DNA from: Ostreococcus lucimarinus
Taxonomy: Eukaryota
Reading direction: 5' to 3' (one strand)
Assembly (NCBI GenBank): GCA_000092065.1
Contig: CP000601.1
Length of the DNA stretch: 64,000 nucleotides
The first letter of the stretch is position 1, and each line of letters opens with the position of its first letter. Below, piece after piece: positions 29,570 through 40,023 of the stretch. The position numbers were made by a program, and so were the translations under genes. Under the pieces are notes generated by a model. The model saw nothing but the letters and a program-made list of their open reading frames with translations. It did no database searches and was not told the origin of the DNA.

Positions 29570-32278
29570 ATGCCGTCGCGCGCGAGAGACGTCGCGCGAA
29601 CGACGCGCGACGTCGCCGCGAAAGAGATTGGATTGTTGAGCTCTGGAGCCACCACCGCGGAGCGAAGTTTTTGGGACGTCGTCGGCGCCGCCGTCGTTTC
29701 CGCGGACGATGACGACGCTTCGCGAGAGGACTCGAACGCGCCGCTGCGCGCGGGAAGCTGCGTGGCGATGTACGCGCTCGGGGCGAGGGAAGGACGAGGG
29801 ATGTACGCGGCGCGGGACGGCGGCGGTCGGTCGACGCGCGCGAACGACGCGCCGGCGGCGACGGAGGGGAAGCGCGCGCTGGAGTTTTCGTGCGCGACGC
29901 TTCGGCGAGACGGAGTTTCAACGTCGACGTCGGCGAGTGGGGGTGGCGCGGACATCGATTCGTTGATGCTCACGGCGAGAGACGCGTCGACGCAGTTGGT
30001 GGTGCTGAGATTTGGCGAATTCTACGGGTTTCGTTCGCACGCGGCGGGGGGGAAGCTTTTGCAAGCGAGACGCAAGGCTGCGAGCGAGCTGTGCTTTTAC
30101 AACTACAACTTTGGAGTGTGCGAACAATGGGAACTGGTGAGCGTCGATCACGAGCGTGCGACGTACGGACGGGCGATGCTGTTTAGGAATAGACGCTTCG
30201 AGCACGTGACGATCAACGCCGCGGTGGTGGAGGTGCCGAAGGAGTTTTTGCCAAAGTATGCGTTGGATGATATGAGTCTCTACGACGATGATTTGGCGTA
30301 CGTGGAATATGGGACGTCGTACTACGGCAGTGACACGGAATCCGAATCGTCGGTGCTCAATCTAAAACCTTTGGCGGCGCCACCGAGTCCGAGCGCCGCA
30401 GCAAACGCGTCGCCGTCGAAGCCAAAATCGAAACAGAAGCGAGTCGAACAGCAACCCGTGTTGATCGAGCCACCGAAACCGGCCGAGTCTGCACCAAGTT
30501 GGCTTTCCGCCGCCATAGTAGAAAAGTGGACGCGCATATTCAAAGACGAAATTGAAATCCGTCGCGGTGTGGAGCGGGAGCTGGAAGGTTTGCGAGAAGA
30601 GCTGAAAATAGTGGAGAAGAGCTGGATGAACTCGGTACAAACGGTACAGTTAGAGTTTGAGTCTATCAACAATGAAGCTTTGAAGACAATGCGCAAGACG
30701 ATGCAGCAAAAGATGCGAAAGCGCGTTCAAGCGGTTCAGGTGAAAGCGATAGAGCGCATGACGCGGACGTCTGCACGCGCGTTCAGGGATGAAACTTTTA
30801 AAAGGTGGAGAGCGTTTGCGGATAAGGAACGTCGAAAGCGCGTCGGCGTCGTTCGGTTCTTATTACGGGCTGATAGACGAGGTCTCGGCGCGGCGTTTGA
30901 TGCTTGGAAGAATTACGCGAACACTCGAAAGTTGAAGCGCGAGAGGGACGCGCTGTTGAGCGCGAGGCGACGCGAGAGTCTTGCTCGACAATTCTTTGAT
31001 AGATGGAAGTCGTGTGCTTCGGAATCAAATCAAACGCGTCGAATAGCCGCGAGGGCGCATAGACGTGCGTTGACTGATAAATCCAGAGAGCTGAAGCAAA
31101 AAGTGTTCGTATCGTGGTATTTGTACGCGAAACGAGGGAAGCATGTCGCAAAGATTCAGCGTCTCGCGGTGCACAAGATGCGTGAGCGTCTGATGTTTGA
31201 CGCGTTTGAGTGTTGGAAGAACCGAGCGGAAGAGAGAAAAAGTTTCACTCAACGTCTGATGCGGACGTTCGCGCGCTGGGATAACCGCACCGCATGCGCA
31301 GCGTTTTTGAAGTGGAAAGAAGTCGTGGACGATTCACGTCATGCAAAGAAGACGTACAACGGCGTGTTACTGTGCTGGAACAAGGACTCACGCAAGACGC
31401 TGACGAAGCTTCACTTTTTCGCATGGAGAACGACTGCTCGATTCGTACGGGTGCATCGCGAAAAGATGTATGCCGTCACGCGGGAACGCATGAAAAATAA
31501 CACAACGCGAATCGTCTTCCATAATTGGAAAATGCTGAGTGCGCGACGGCAGCGCGAGGAACAACATCAGAGAGGCGTCGTGCACGCGATGGCGTCGTTG
31601 CGGTTCAAATATATTCGAGCGAATTTCGACGCTTGGCGATCACAAACGATCAAGTCTGCGTTCCGTAAACACACTGTCTCAAAGTTTATGAACAAACTAC
31701 GTCGTTACGAACTGTTGAGAGCGTTCCAAGGCTGGAGATACCGCACGCATACGTTGAGAACGCAGAGACGAAGCGTAGCGGCGACGCTAACGAGATGGCG
31801 TCAACGTGTGTTGTTGAGTTCGTGGAACCAATGGAAGTTCGCCACTCAAGAGCACTCTAAGTTGATCGCTGTGAGCGCGTTAGCCATCTTTAACCGCCAA
31901 CGACAGTCTCGACTGCGCCGAAGTTTCGCGATTTGGCGCGGCATGTGGCGGGCGCAAATGGTCGCTCTCGTCAAGATGCGCGCGTCGCACCAGTTCGCCA
32001 CGCGTAATCATTACTTCACACGTTGGCGGAACGCGATTCGGCAGCGCGAAGAGATGCAACGAATGGTTGTTAGCAAGCGCGTGACTCATAACTTGTTCCT
32101 CGATTGGTATTGGGAAACGTTCGGCGAGCAGTTCACACGGCTCATCGAAGGCAACGATACAGACGAGTATCAGACTTTAGTTCGCGTGGACGATCCTGAG
32201 GTGGAACTATTCCACACGCCCTTGCGAACGCCTGAAAAGGTGTTCTGGAGTCCACCGAAACCGCGTAGGATTTTATAG
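29570..32278 (+). CDS. Sfi1-like centrin-binding repeat protein (basal body / spindle pole)
   Basis: At least 16 tandem roughly 33-aa repeats of the form Ax7LLx3Fx2W[KR] (FDAWKNY, FFDRWKS, FECWKNR, FARWDNR, FLKWKEV, FFAWRTT, FHNWKML, FDAWRSQ, FQGWRYR, LTRWRQR, WNQWKF, FAIWRGMW, FTRWRNA). The ORF opens at 29132 but overlaps the upstream gene, so I chose the Met at 29570. Confidence 0.55.
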   Translation: MPSRARDVARTTRDVAAKEIGLLSSGATTAERSFWDVVGAAVVSADDDDASREDSNAPLRAGSCVAMYALGAREGRGMYAARDGGGRSTRANDAPAATEGKRALEFSCATLRRDGVSTSTSASGGGADIDSLMLTARDASTQLVVLRFGEFYGFRSHAAGGKLLQARRKAASELCFYNYNFGVCEQWELVSVDHERATYGRAMLFRNRRFEHVTINAAVVEVPKEFLPKYALDDMSLYDDDLAYVEYGTSYYGSDTESESSVLNLKPLAAPPSPSAAANASPSKPKSKQKRVEQQPVLIEPPKPAESAPSWLSAAIVEKWTRIFKDEIEIRRGVERELEGLREELKIVEKSWMNSVQTVQLEFESINNEALKTMRKTMQQKMRKRVQAVQVKAIERMTRTSARAFRDETFKRWRAFADKERRKRVGVVRFLLRADRRGLGAAFDAWKNYANTRKLKRERDALLSARRRESLARQFFDRWKSCASESNQTRRIAARAHRRALTDKSRELKQKVFVSWYLYAKRGKHVAKIQRLAVHKMRERLMFDAFECWKNRAEERKSFTQRLMRTFARWDNRTACAAFLKWKEVVDDSRHAKKTYNGVLLCWNKDSRKTLTKLHFFAWRTTARFVRVHREKMYAVTRERMKNNTTRIVFHNWKMLSARRQREEQHQRGVVHAMASLRFKYIRANFDAWRSQTIKSAFRKHTVSKFMNKLRRYELLRAFQGWRYRTHTLRTQRRSVAATLTRWRQRVLLSSWNQWKFATQEHSKLIAVSALAIFNRQRQSRLRRSFAIWRGMWRAQMVALVKMRASHQFATRNHYFTRWRNAIRQREEMQRMVVSKRVTHNLFLDWYWETFGEQFTRLIEGNDTDEYQTLVRVDDPEVELFHTPLRTPEKVFWSPPKPRRIL

Positions 32279-32321
32279 TACATAATATTTGCGCGTTAAA
32301 AAATCATAAAATCTGAATCCG

Positions 32322-33272
32322 TCATTCATCCGTCGAACGGAAACTCTCCGACGTGCTCTCGACGACTCTTGTCATCGCCGTCGATACCTGCTTGCTCGCG
32401 AGCGCAATCTTTCCCACGATTTCTGCTAGATCTCGTCCTTTAGATTCACCGTTGGCCGCGCCTTGCAGTTGCGTCGACAGTTTTGCCGCGCTCTCCGTCG
32501 TTTCCTTCGCCGCTGAGATTGCCTCTGTGAGGGCGTTCTTCCGCCGCGCCTTTTCCGCCGCGCTCAAATTCTTCGCGTCTTCGTCAAACGCACCATCGTC
32601 TAAATAAATGCCCACGCTCTGCATGACTAGCCCGAGCTCAAGCGACAAACGCCTGACGTACTCAGTCGCATCGTCTCCCAAATCCCGAAAATCCTTCGTC
32701 GGATCTTTCATCTTTGCCGTGAAATCGTTTACGAGCGACTCGACGTACTCCGTCGCATCCAATTTCGACAACGCCTCCCGCGTTTCCGCCGCCAACGCCT
32801 CCACCTCTCGCGCGCTCTCTTCCATCGCTTGCAGCGTCTCCGGTAGCTCCTTCGCAGTGTTTTTCGCTAACGCCTCCACTTCATTCGCCGCGCTTTCCGC
32901 CGCCGTCGCCGCCGCGTCGACGCTCGCGCTCAGCTCCCGCAGCGACCGCACGAGCGGCGCCACCGCGCCCACCGTCGTCAGCAGCGCCGCGCCGGCGGCG
33001 GCAAATGCGAACGACGTGACGTCGCGCCCGGCGACGGCGACGAGCGGCGGTTTCGGCGCCGCACGCGACGACGCCGTCGACGTTTGCGTCGTCGACCGCG
33101 ACGGCGGCGCCCAGCGGCCGGCGGCGTTCGCGCGCGCGCTGTGGCGCGTTGCGCGTCGAACGTTCGCGTTGCGCGTCGAGCGCGCGCGAACGCTCGGACG
33201 CGAAGCGAACGAAGCGCTCGACGCGAGACGCATGCGCACCGAGGCGTGAAGGTCGCGCGATTGTGGCGTCAC
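32322..33272 (-). CDS. Hypothetical protein with presequence, one transmembrane segment and a coiled-coil region
   Basis: 316-aa ORF with an Arg/Ser-rich N-terminus, a hydrophobic segment FAFAAAGAALLTTVGAVAPLV, then an Ala/Glu/Lys-rich helical region. Confidence 0.35.
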   Translation of the reverse strand: MTPQSRDLHASVRMRLASSASFASRPSVRARSTRNANVRRATRHSARANAAGRWAPPSRSTTQTSTASSRAAPKPPLVAVAGRDVTSFAFAAAGAALLTTVGAVAPLVRSLRELSASVDAAATAAESAANEVEALAKNTAKELPETLQAMEESAREVEALAAETREALSKLDATEYVESLVNDFTAKMKDPTKDFRDLGDDATEYVRRLSLELGLVMQSVGIYLDDGAFDEDAKNLSAAEKARRKNALTEAISAAKETTESAAKLSTQLQGAANGESKGRDLAEIVGKIALASKQVSTAMTRVVESTSESFRSTDE

Positions 33273-33317
33273 CAGCCGCGGGGACGCGACGACTCGCGAG
33301 ACTAAACAATCAATGCG

Positions 33318-34880
33318 TTACAAGCTACGGTCGATCGCCTTGAGAGCGTCGGCTGTGGAGACAAACTTTTCTCGTGGTTTTCCGCGCGCAGCGCCGCGCT
33401 CGCGCTCGAGGCGATCGATTTGAATCCAGTCGGCGGCGCGCACGACGCGGACGCCGCGCTTCTCGAGGAGGCGGTCGACGCCGTCCTCGACAGGATCGGG
33501 AGGTGGGGCGACGGCGAAATCGGCAGCCATTTTTGCGATAGTTTCGTCGGCACACGTGAGATTGGTGCCGATGATTCCTGTTGGTCCGCGTTTGAGCCAG
33601 CCGGTGACGTAGAGACGAGGAATGGTATCGGCGGAATCCGCCGAGACGGCGACGGCGCCGTACGCGTTTGGCACAACGCGATTCTTTTCGTCGAATGGCA
33701 GTCGCAATTGAGTCAAGGATTCGTCTTTGACGGTCATTTGAATCGGTTCTGCACGATATCCCACTGAACGCAGCGCTAAGGCGGTGGGAACCATCTCCGT
33801 TTCGCCAGATGCGATGGATTTTCGCGCGCCGGCGGCGCCGACGAGTTCGTTCCTACCGAGCTTCATCCAACTCAACACACCATTTTCACCCCCGAACGCT
33901 AGTGGACTTGCGAGAAATCGCACATTGAGTATTTTTGTGCATCCATCCTCGCTCGCACACTCCCCTGCGGTCTTTCTCTTGACGAACGCCTCGTGCGCTC
34001 GCCGCCGCGGTCTGTTCTCCGCCAACTCGGCTTCGTCTTCGGGCTCCAGCGTGAGGTTCTCGTCCGAAATCACCACTCTTACGTTCCGCAAATTCAACAG
34101 CTCGCGCAACTCCTTCGGTGAAAATGAAGCTTGCGCTACCCCGCGTCGCCCGATCACGGACACGGCGCGCACGGGATGGGCGCGCAGCACCTCCAGCGCG
34201 TGCTCGCAAATATCCGTCCCCGCGAGCGCATCCGCGTCTCGTAACAACACCCGCGCGCAATCGATGGCGACGTTCCCGACCCCGATCACCGCCACGTGTG
34301 CATCACCATCACGACTACGCAAAGCCTCCACTACCGCCGCGTGCGTCGCGCTCTGCGGCCCGTGTTCGGGATCGCCGTTGAACCACGCGACGAACTCTCT
34401 CGCTCCGAGCACGCCTCGGTGTTCGCCCTCTCCCGGTACCTCCAAACGTCTGTCTCCGCTCGTCCCGCACGCGAGCACGACGCCGTGGTAGCTATCATAA
34501 AGTTCTCCTAAACTCACGTCTCGCCCGAGTTGGACGTTGCCGTAAAACGCGACGTCGTCTCGCGTCGTGAGCGTTTCATGAAACTTGTTCGTCACGAGCT
34601 TCGTCTCCGCGTGGTCGGGCGCGACACCGTAGCGCACCAAACCGAATGGCGCGGGGTAGCGTTCGAACACGTCTACTTTTGCGCCATCGAACGTCTTCGT
34701 GAGCGCCAAGACGGCGTACATGCCCGCGGGACCGCTGCCGACGACGGCGAATCGCCGCGGACTCGGCCCGGCGGCGGATGAGGATGCGCGAAGCGCGAGC
34801 GCGTGCGGAAGATCTACGCGCGCGCACGACGCGTGTGCATCGCGTGCGAACGTCGCGAGACGTCGCGCGAGTCGCGACAT
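33318..34880 (-). CDS. NADPH:adrenodoxin oxidoreductase (ferredoxin-NADP+ reductase, adrenodoxin-reductase type), mitochondrial
   Basis: FAVVGSGPAGMYAV FAD-binding GxGxxG, a second NADP-binding VAVIGVGNVAIDCARVL, and LYVTGWLKRGPTGIIGTN near the C-terminus. Confidence 0.85.
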   Translation of the reverse strand: MSRLARRLATFARDAHASCARVDLPHALALRASSSAAGPSPRRFAVVGSGPAGMYAVLALTKTFDGAKVDVFERYPAPFGLVRYGVAPDHAETKLVTNKFHETLTTRDDVAFYGNVQLGRDVSLGELYDSYHGVVLACGTSGDRRLEVPGEGEHRGVLGAREFVAWFNGDPEHGPQSATHAAVVEALRSRDGDAHVAVIGVGNVAIDCARVLLRDADALAGTDICEHALEVLRAHPVRAVSVIGRRGVAQASFSPKELRELLNLRNVRVVISDENLTLEPEDEAELAENRPRRRAHEAFVKRKTAGECASEDGCTKILNVRFLASPLAFGGENGVLSWMKLGRNELVGAAGARKSIASGETEMVPTALALRSVGYRAEPIQMTVKDESLTQLRLPFDEKNRVVPNAYGAVAVSADSADTIPRLYVTGWLKRGPTGIIGTNLTCADETIAKMAADFAVAPPPDPVEDGVDRLLEKRGVRVVRAADWIQIDRLERERGAARGKPREKFVSTADALKAIDRSL

Positions 34881-35178
34881 GACGCACGCCGACGCGCACG
34901 CGCGGGACTCTGACGCCCATCACGCGGCGCGCGAGCCCAACCGTCGAATCGGCGAGACTGCGAAACGTTCCAAGCCCAATAATCAACGCGCATCTACATC
35001 GAAAATCAAAATCATCATCACAAACAGAAGAAACAACACAAATCAAACAAGCGAGCGAGCAAGCAACCCAGCGCCGTTTCACTCTAAATCATTTCACGCG
35101 TATCGTTGAGCGGGACGCTGCTCGCGTCGTTTGCGCGCGGCGTAGTATACAAAAGGGCGCGCGGGGCATTCCTCGACG

Positions 35179-35960
35179 TCACGCATAATACTTTTCTTGT
35201 CCTAGCCCATCGCAACTCACTTTACGATATTTGACGTCGACGATGCCGCGGTGCCTGATCGCGATGGAATCGAACGCCGCGTAGCTCAAATCAAAGTGGC
35301 GCGCGTTTTGTTCGCCACCGCAGCACCATCGTTGATTACTGACGCGTGAACACGTGTTCGTCAGTCTCGAGCGCGCGCCGCAAAAGATTGATCGAATTTT
35401 TATCGATCGAGAAATTGCGACACCGACGAATTTCCTCACCTCGGATTTGGATGGCCACACGGGCAACTGTCTGTGATTAGCACTGTGATCGATTTCTCGC
35501 CGTCGCCGTTCGCGCAGCCCGCCCACGGGCCGAGCGCGCTGTCGGCCAGTCCTCGCTGCCGACCCGCGACGCACATCACTTCATAACACGCGCCGCACTC
35601 GTCCGTGAGCCCGTGATCGTATCCACCTGCGCAGTTTATGTTTTCAGAGTTGAAATTCCACGCAGCAGCGTCGGTGTTCAACGTACCGTCGGTATTCAAC
35701 GCGGCCACGTAGTGACTCGGAATGTTCGAGCCGTATTTACAGCTCCCGGTATAAATCGACATGCCGTCGGGGCCTGGACCATTCGGTCCGCCGTACCACG
35801 TGGCCGTCCCGCCTTCGCGCCAACCGAGTCCGTCTTCCGCGCGCGCGGCGCCGCGCCGCGACGAGGCGAGCGCAAACGCGAACGCCAGAAGATGCGTGGT
35901 TCGGGACGCGCGCGGCGCGCGACGGGCGGTGCGAGTGGCGAAATCGCGATTGGGAGGCAT
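35179..35960 (-). CDS. Expansin-like / RlpA-like double-psi beta-barrel (DPBB) secreted protein. Two exons, complement(join(35179..35338,35440..35960))
   Basis: Signal peptide, then GTATWYGG...GSCKYG...CGACYEVMC...ITVLITDSCPCG in exon 1. Exon 2 is in another frame and reads ...NQRWCCGGEQNARHFDLSYAAFDSIAIRHRGIVDVKYRKVSC, which is the expansin HFDLS/YRRV core. Confidence 0.65.
35339..35439 (-). other. Spliceosomal intron (101 nt, phase 2) in the expansin-like gene
   Basis: On the minus strand: CCGAG|GTGAGGAAATT ... GAGACTGACGAA ... CGCGTCAG|T. Joining restores ...CPCGHPNP-S-NQRW... in frame. Confidence 0.7.
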
Positions 35961-36137
35961 GTCGTTTCGTTTCGCTCGGCGGTCGTTTCGAGTCGGGCGT
36001 GAACGTGCGGCGCGGTGTGAGGCTGGTGCCAGGCTCGTTCGAGACCGAGAACGACGACATCGGCGAGATCGGGCGACGCGACGAACATTGTTAGGAAATG
36101 TGCGTGATTAGTGGCATTGAATGTTTCGAGCGAGATT

Positions 36138-37259
36138 TCACGATCCTCGACGCGCGGAGCGGCGACGGACGGTCGAAGAGGGTGACGCTGTCGGTTTTGC
36201 GTCGGCGCGCGCGACGGCGACTGTGGTTTTTCTCGCGCGAGCCGTTTTGGGCGCGGCGGCGGCGGCGGTTTTCGGCTTCCCACTCATCGCGTACGCGAGA
36301 CCGCCGGTGACAACCATGACGGCGCTGATGGCGCCATTGTAACTCAAACACTGTCTCGCGTCGTCCGAGCAAAATAAGACGTGCGAAAACGCGATGACGC
36401 CGACGCTGCGAATCGCGTTCGAGAGCGCCAACTGCGTGGCGCCCGCTCTGGCGACGACAGCCATCATCATCTTCACCATGAACGCCCGACTGAGCATGTT
36501 TCCTAGGTGCACCTTTAAAATCGATGACACATCTCGCGGCGAGGCGTTGTAATACGCCCATACCATCCCGTCCATATCGCGCGCCGTCCTCGCGAGCGTG
36601 TAAATCGCAAACGCCGCCAACCCGCACGTTCCCATCAGCATCGTCTGCGCGTTCCCGCTCAGACTCGATTTCGACGCGCTCAGGTATTCCATGACCAATC
36701 CCCGAAACCCATAACTCACCGTCGCCGCGTTCGCGATCAAGATCCCCCTCGCGTCGATCGCCGTCCCGCGCCTCGCCGCCTCGTCCGCCACGTCCTTCGC
36801 CTTCACCGCCAGCCCACAAATCACCACCGCGATCGCCCCAATCTGCCCCTTAGTGAACGTGCGTTTCAGCACCACCTTCGACAGCAACGCCGAGAGCGGA
36901 ATGAGCAACCCAGAGATGGTTTGGTACAGCGGTCCCCCGAGCGCTCGCATCGCCTCGAACGCGCACGTCAGCCCAAACAAATCAAACACCGGCAGCAACA
37001 GCGCCGCGCGCGGGAACTTTCCCGCGCGCCTCGCCGTCGCCGTCACTCGCCCGTCTCTTCTCGCGCGTAATCGCGCCATCAGGACGCCCGCGCTCGCGCT
37101 CGCGGCGTCGCTCGCGTAAATCATGCCCGTCAACGGCTGCGCCTCCGGCGACACCAATCGCGCGTCCAACACGCGCTGCGCCGTGAGAAAGTAACACACG
37201 CCGAACGCGACGTGCGCGCACATCGCCGGGATCGCGCTCTTCGGCGCGTCGCGCGCCAT
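36138..37259 (-). CDS. Multi-pass membrane transporter of the drug/metabolite-transporter (SLC35/nucleotide-sugar-transporter-like) type
   Basis: 373-aa ORF with about 9-10 hydrophobic helices and a short Lys/Arg-rich C-terminal tail. No sharper signature is visible. Confidence 0.45.
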   Translation of the reverse strand: MARDAPKSAIPAMCAHVAFGVCYFLTAQRVLDARLVSPEAQPLTGMIYASDAASASAGVLMARLRARRDGRVTATARRAGKFPRAALLLPVFDLFGLTCAFEAMRALGGPLYQTISGLLIPLSALLSKVVLKRTFTKGQIGAIAVVICGLAVKAKDVADEAARRGTAIDARGILIANAATVSYGFRGLVMEYLSASKSSLSGNAQTMLMGTCGLAAFAIYTLARTARDMDGMVWAYYNASPRDVSSILKVHLGNMLSRAFMVKMMMAVVARAGATQLALSNAIRSVGVIAFSHVLFCSDDARQCLSYNGAISAVMVVTGGLAYAMSGKPKTAAAAAPKTARARKTTVAVARADAKPTASPSSTVRRRSARRGS

Positions 37260-37339
37260 CGCGGCCGCGTCGCGAAGTGTCGCGACGCGCCGCGAGCGCC
37301 GCCCCCTCGCGACACTTGGCGACGCGACGAAAACTCGAA

Positions 37340-39829
37340 ATGCCGCGCGCGTCGACCGCCGACGCGGACGCGGACGGGAGCGACGTCGAGTTTAACCCCT
37401 CGTTCACGTTCGACGCGTCGGACGACGACGACGGGCGCGGGACGCGCGCGGGACGAGCGACGAAGGGACGCGGCGGCGGCGGCGGCGGACGCGCGGCGAC
37501 CGAGGCGTGGAACTTTGGCGACGCGCGCGAGGCGCGCGCGCGCGAGCTGCGAGCGAACAAGATGACGAGCGTGGACGAGAAGATCGCGCGGGCGAGAGGG
37601 CGCGGGAGGCGAGGGAGCGCGAGCGCGGGTGGGTCGGAGGACGAGTACGGGAGCGACTCGGAGGACGCGCCGCTGCCGGGCGAGGACGACGGCGAGACGG
37701 ATGACGACGCGAGCGTCAGTGGAGACAGCGAGAGTGGTGAGGAGAGCGAGAGCGGTGATGATGACGACGACGAGAGCGAGAGCGAGCGCGAGCGCGAGCG
37801 CGAGCGCGAGGAGGAAGAGGAGGATGGGACGAGCGAAGGCGAGGAAGAGCGCGAGGCGCGCGAGGAAGACGCGGCGAAGGACGAGAAAGCAAAGACGCCC
37901 ACGGCGACGGCGACGTCGTCGGAGAGTGATTCCGAGTCGGAGGATGGGTTTCAAGAGCGCGCGGTCGTCAAGGGGGCGAAAGGGGACACGACGTTCGACG
38001 CGAAGGCGTTCGACGAGTTGCACCTGTCGCGGCCGCTGACGCGAGCGTGCGAGGCGCTCGGGTATAAGAAACCGACACCGATTCAGGCGGCGGTGATTCC
38101 GATCGCGATGACTGGTCGCGACGTCTGCGGGCGAGCGGTAACGGGGAGCGGGAAGACGGCGGCGTTTATGCTGCCGCAGTTGGAGCGGATGTTACATCGA
38201 GGACCGAGGCCGGCGGCGGCGACGCACGTGTTGGTCTTGGTGCCGACGCGCGAACTTGCGGTTCAGGTGCATCAAATGACGGAAAGTCTCGCGCAGTTTA
38301 CAACAATTCGAGCCGTGCTCGTCGTCGGTGGATTGTCGGCGAACGTGCAAGCAGCTGCGCTGCGCACTCGACCCGAAATTGTCGTGGCGACGCCCGGTCG
38401 CGTCATCGACCACGTGCGAAACACGCACTCGTTTGGGCTAGAAGATCTCGCGACGTTGATTTTAGACGAAGCCGATCGTTTGCTGGAGATGGGATTCTTG
38501 GAAGAGATCAAAGAAATTGTTCGACAATGCCCGAAGAAGCGCCAAACGTTATTATTCAGCGCCACGCTCACCGCCGGCGTCGAGGCGCTGGCGAGTCTTT
38601 CGATGAAGAATCCGGCGAGGCTTTCCGCGGACACGCTCGGCACGACGCCCAAGCGGTTGGTGGAGGAAGTGTTAAAGCTCAAACCTAACCAAAGTGCTCA
38701 GAAAGAGGCGTTCTTGATGGCCATTGTGAGTCGTTCTTACGACAAGTCGACCATTATATTTTCCCAAACCAAGCAAGAGGCGCATCGTTTGAAGATCATC
38801 ATGGGTTTAAGCGACATCAAAGCGGGTGAGTTACACGGGGACATGACGCAGACGCAGCGCTTAGCAGCGCTCGATGAATTTAGGACGGGCACAGTCACGC
38901 ATTTGATCGCCACAGACGTCGCCGCCAGAGGCTTGGATATTCCATCCGTCGACGCGGTGATTTCGTTCGACGCGCCGAAGACTTTGGCGAGCTATTTACA
39001 CCGAGTCGGGCGCACAGCGCGCGCGGGGAAGAAAGGCACGGCGTTGACCTTCATGGAAGAATCCGATCGTAAACTAGTCAAAACCATAGCAAAACGAGGG
39101 GCGAACCTCAAAGCGCGAATCGTGCCCGGGAACATCGTCGCCGAGTGGCACAAGAAAATCGAGGATATGGAGGAGCAAATTGTGCAAATCAACTACGAAG
39201 AGCGCACCGAACGTCAGCTTCAAAAGGCCGAAATGGAGGCAAATAAGGCTTCGAACATTCTCGAGCACGCGGCTGAGATCAAATCGCGACCGGCGAAGAC
39301 ATGGTTCCAGAGCGAACGCGACAAACGCAACGCGCAAAAAGACGCGCTCAAGGCGATGGAAACAGCCGAAATGGACTTGATGGATCGAAAGTCTCACCGC
39401 AAGGGCGCCAAGCGCCGACAGGAAGCGGCCGGTCCCGATCGTTTACCCGACAGCAAGCGCGCGCGACGCAAACTCGCGCAACAGGCGCTATACAAAAAGG
39501 AGCGCGGCGACGACGACACCCCTCGAGGCGGCTTTCGCGTGACCAAGGGCGTCAAATCCGTCAAAGCCATCGAACGCGAGGCCCGCTTGACCGGCGGCGT
39601 CGCCACCAAAGTCGTCCGCATGGTCAAAAACGCGCGCGATCCCAAGGCCAAGGCCAAGCGCGCCGCGCGCGCCGACGTCCACGACGACGACGACGCGCGC
39701 GTCCAATCCTCCGGCCGCGGCGCCGATTTCCGCGGAGGATTTCGCGGCGCGAGCCCGGGCGCCCCCGCCAAGCCCTTCAAGACCGCCCGCGGCAAGTTCA
39801 AGAGCGCCAGCAAGTACCGCAGAAAGTAG
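37340..39829 (+). CDS. DEAD-box ATP-dependent RNA helicase (DDX27/Drs1-like, ribosome biogenesis)
   Basis: Q-motif FDELHLSRPL...PTPIQ, AVTGSGKT, PTRELA, DEAD (LILDEADRLLEMGF), SAT, HRVGRTARAG. Long acidic N-terminus and Lys/Arg-rich C-terminus. The ORF opens at 37277; I prefer the Met at 37340. Confidence 0.85.
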   Translation: MPRASTADADADGSDVEFNPSFTFDASDDDDGRGTRAGRATKGRGGGGGGRAATEAWNFGDAREARARELRANKMTSVDEKIARARGRGRRGSASAGGSEDEYGSDSEDAPLPGEDDGETDDDASVSGDSESGEESESGDDDDDESESEREREREREEEEEDGTSEGEEEREAREEDAAKDEKAKTPTATATSSESDSESEDGFQERAVVKGAKGDTTFDAKAFDELHLSRPLTRACEALGYKKPTPIQAAVIPIAMTGRDVCGRAVTGSGKTAAFMLPQLERMLHRGPRPAAATHVLVLVPTRELAVQVHQMTESLAQFTTIRAVLVVGGLSANVQAAALRTRPEIVVATPGRVIDHVRNTHSFGLEDLATLILDEADRLLEMGFLEEIKEIVRQCPKKRQTLLFSATLTAGVEALASLSMKNPARLSADTLGTTPKRLVEEVLKLKPNQSAQKEAFLMAIVSRSYDKSTIIFSQTKQEAHRLKIIMGLSDIKAGELHGDMTQTQRLAALDEFRTGTVTHLIATDVAARGLDIPSVDAVISFDAPKTLASYLHRVGRTARAGKKGTALTFMEESDRKLVKTIAKRGANLKARIVPGNIVAEWHKKIEDMEEQIVQINYEERTERQLQKAEMEANKASNILEHAAEIKSRPAKTWFQSERDKRNAQKDALKAMETAEMDLMDRKSHRKGAKRRQEAAGPDRLPDSKRARRKLAQQALYKKERGDDDTPRGGFRVTKGVKSVKAIEREARLTGGVATKVVRMVKNARDPKAKAKRAARADVHDDDDARVQSSGRGADFRGGFRGASPGAPAKPFKTARGKFKSASKYRRK

Positions 39830-40023
39830 TTTTGTCGCGCATCTCCCTCATTCCGTCGATTTCGTCCGCATCCGCGCCTTCGTCTCGTCGCTTCGTCCCC
39901 TCGTCGGCGCGCCGCGAATCCGTCTCGCGCCGGCGCCCGCGCGCGCCCAACCGACACGATGACGCGATCGCGCGTCCGCACAGCCCGGCGCGCCGCGATC
40001 GCGCGACCCGGTCGCGCGACGAG

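Noticed and set aside
36982-38023. 306-aa and 297-aa minus-strand Ser-rich and Arg-rich ORFs across the helicase N-terminal region
   Set aside because: They are the reverse-complement reading of the (GAG/GAC)-rich acidic N-terminus of the DEAD-box helicase, and the helicase frame is the conserved one.
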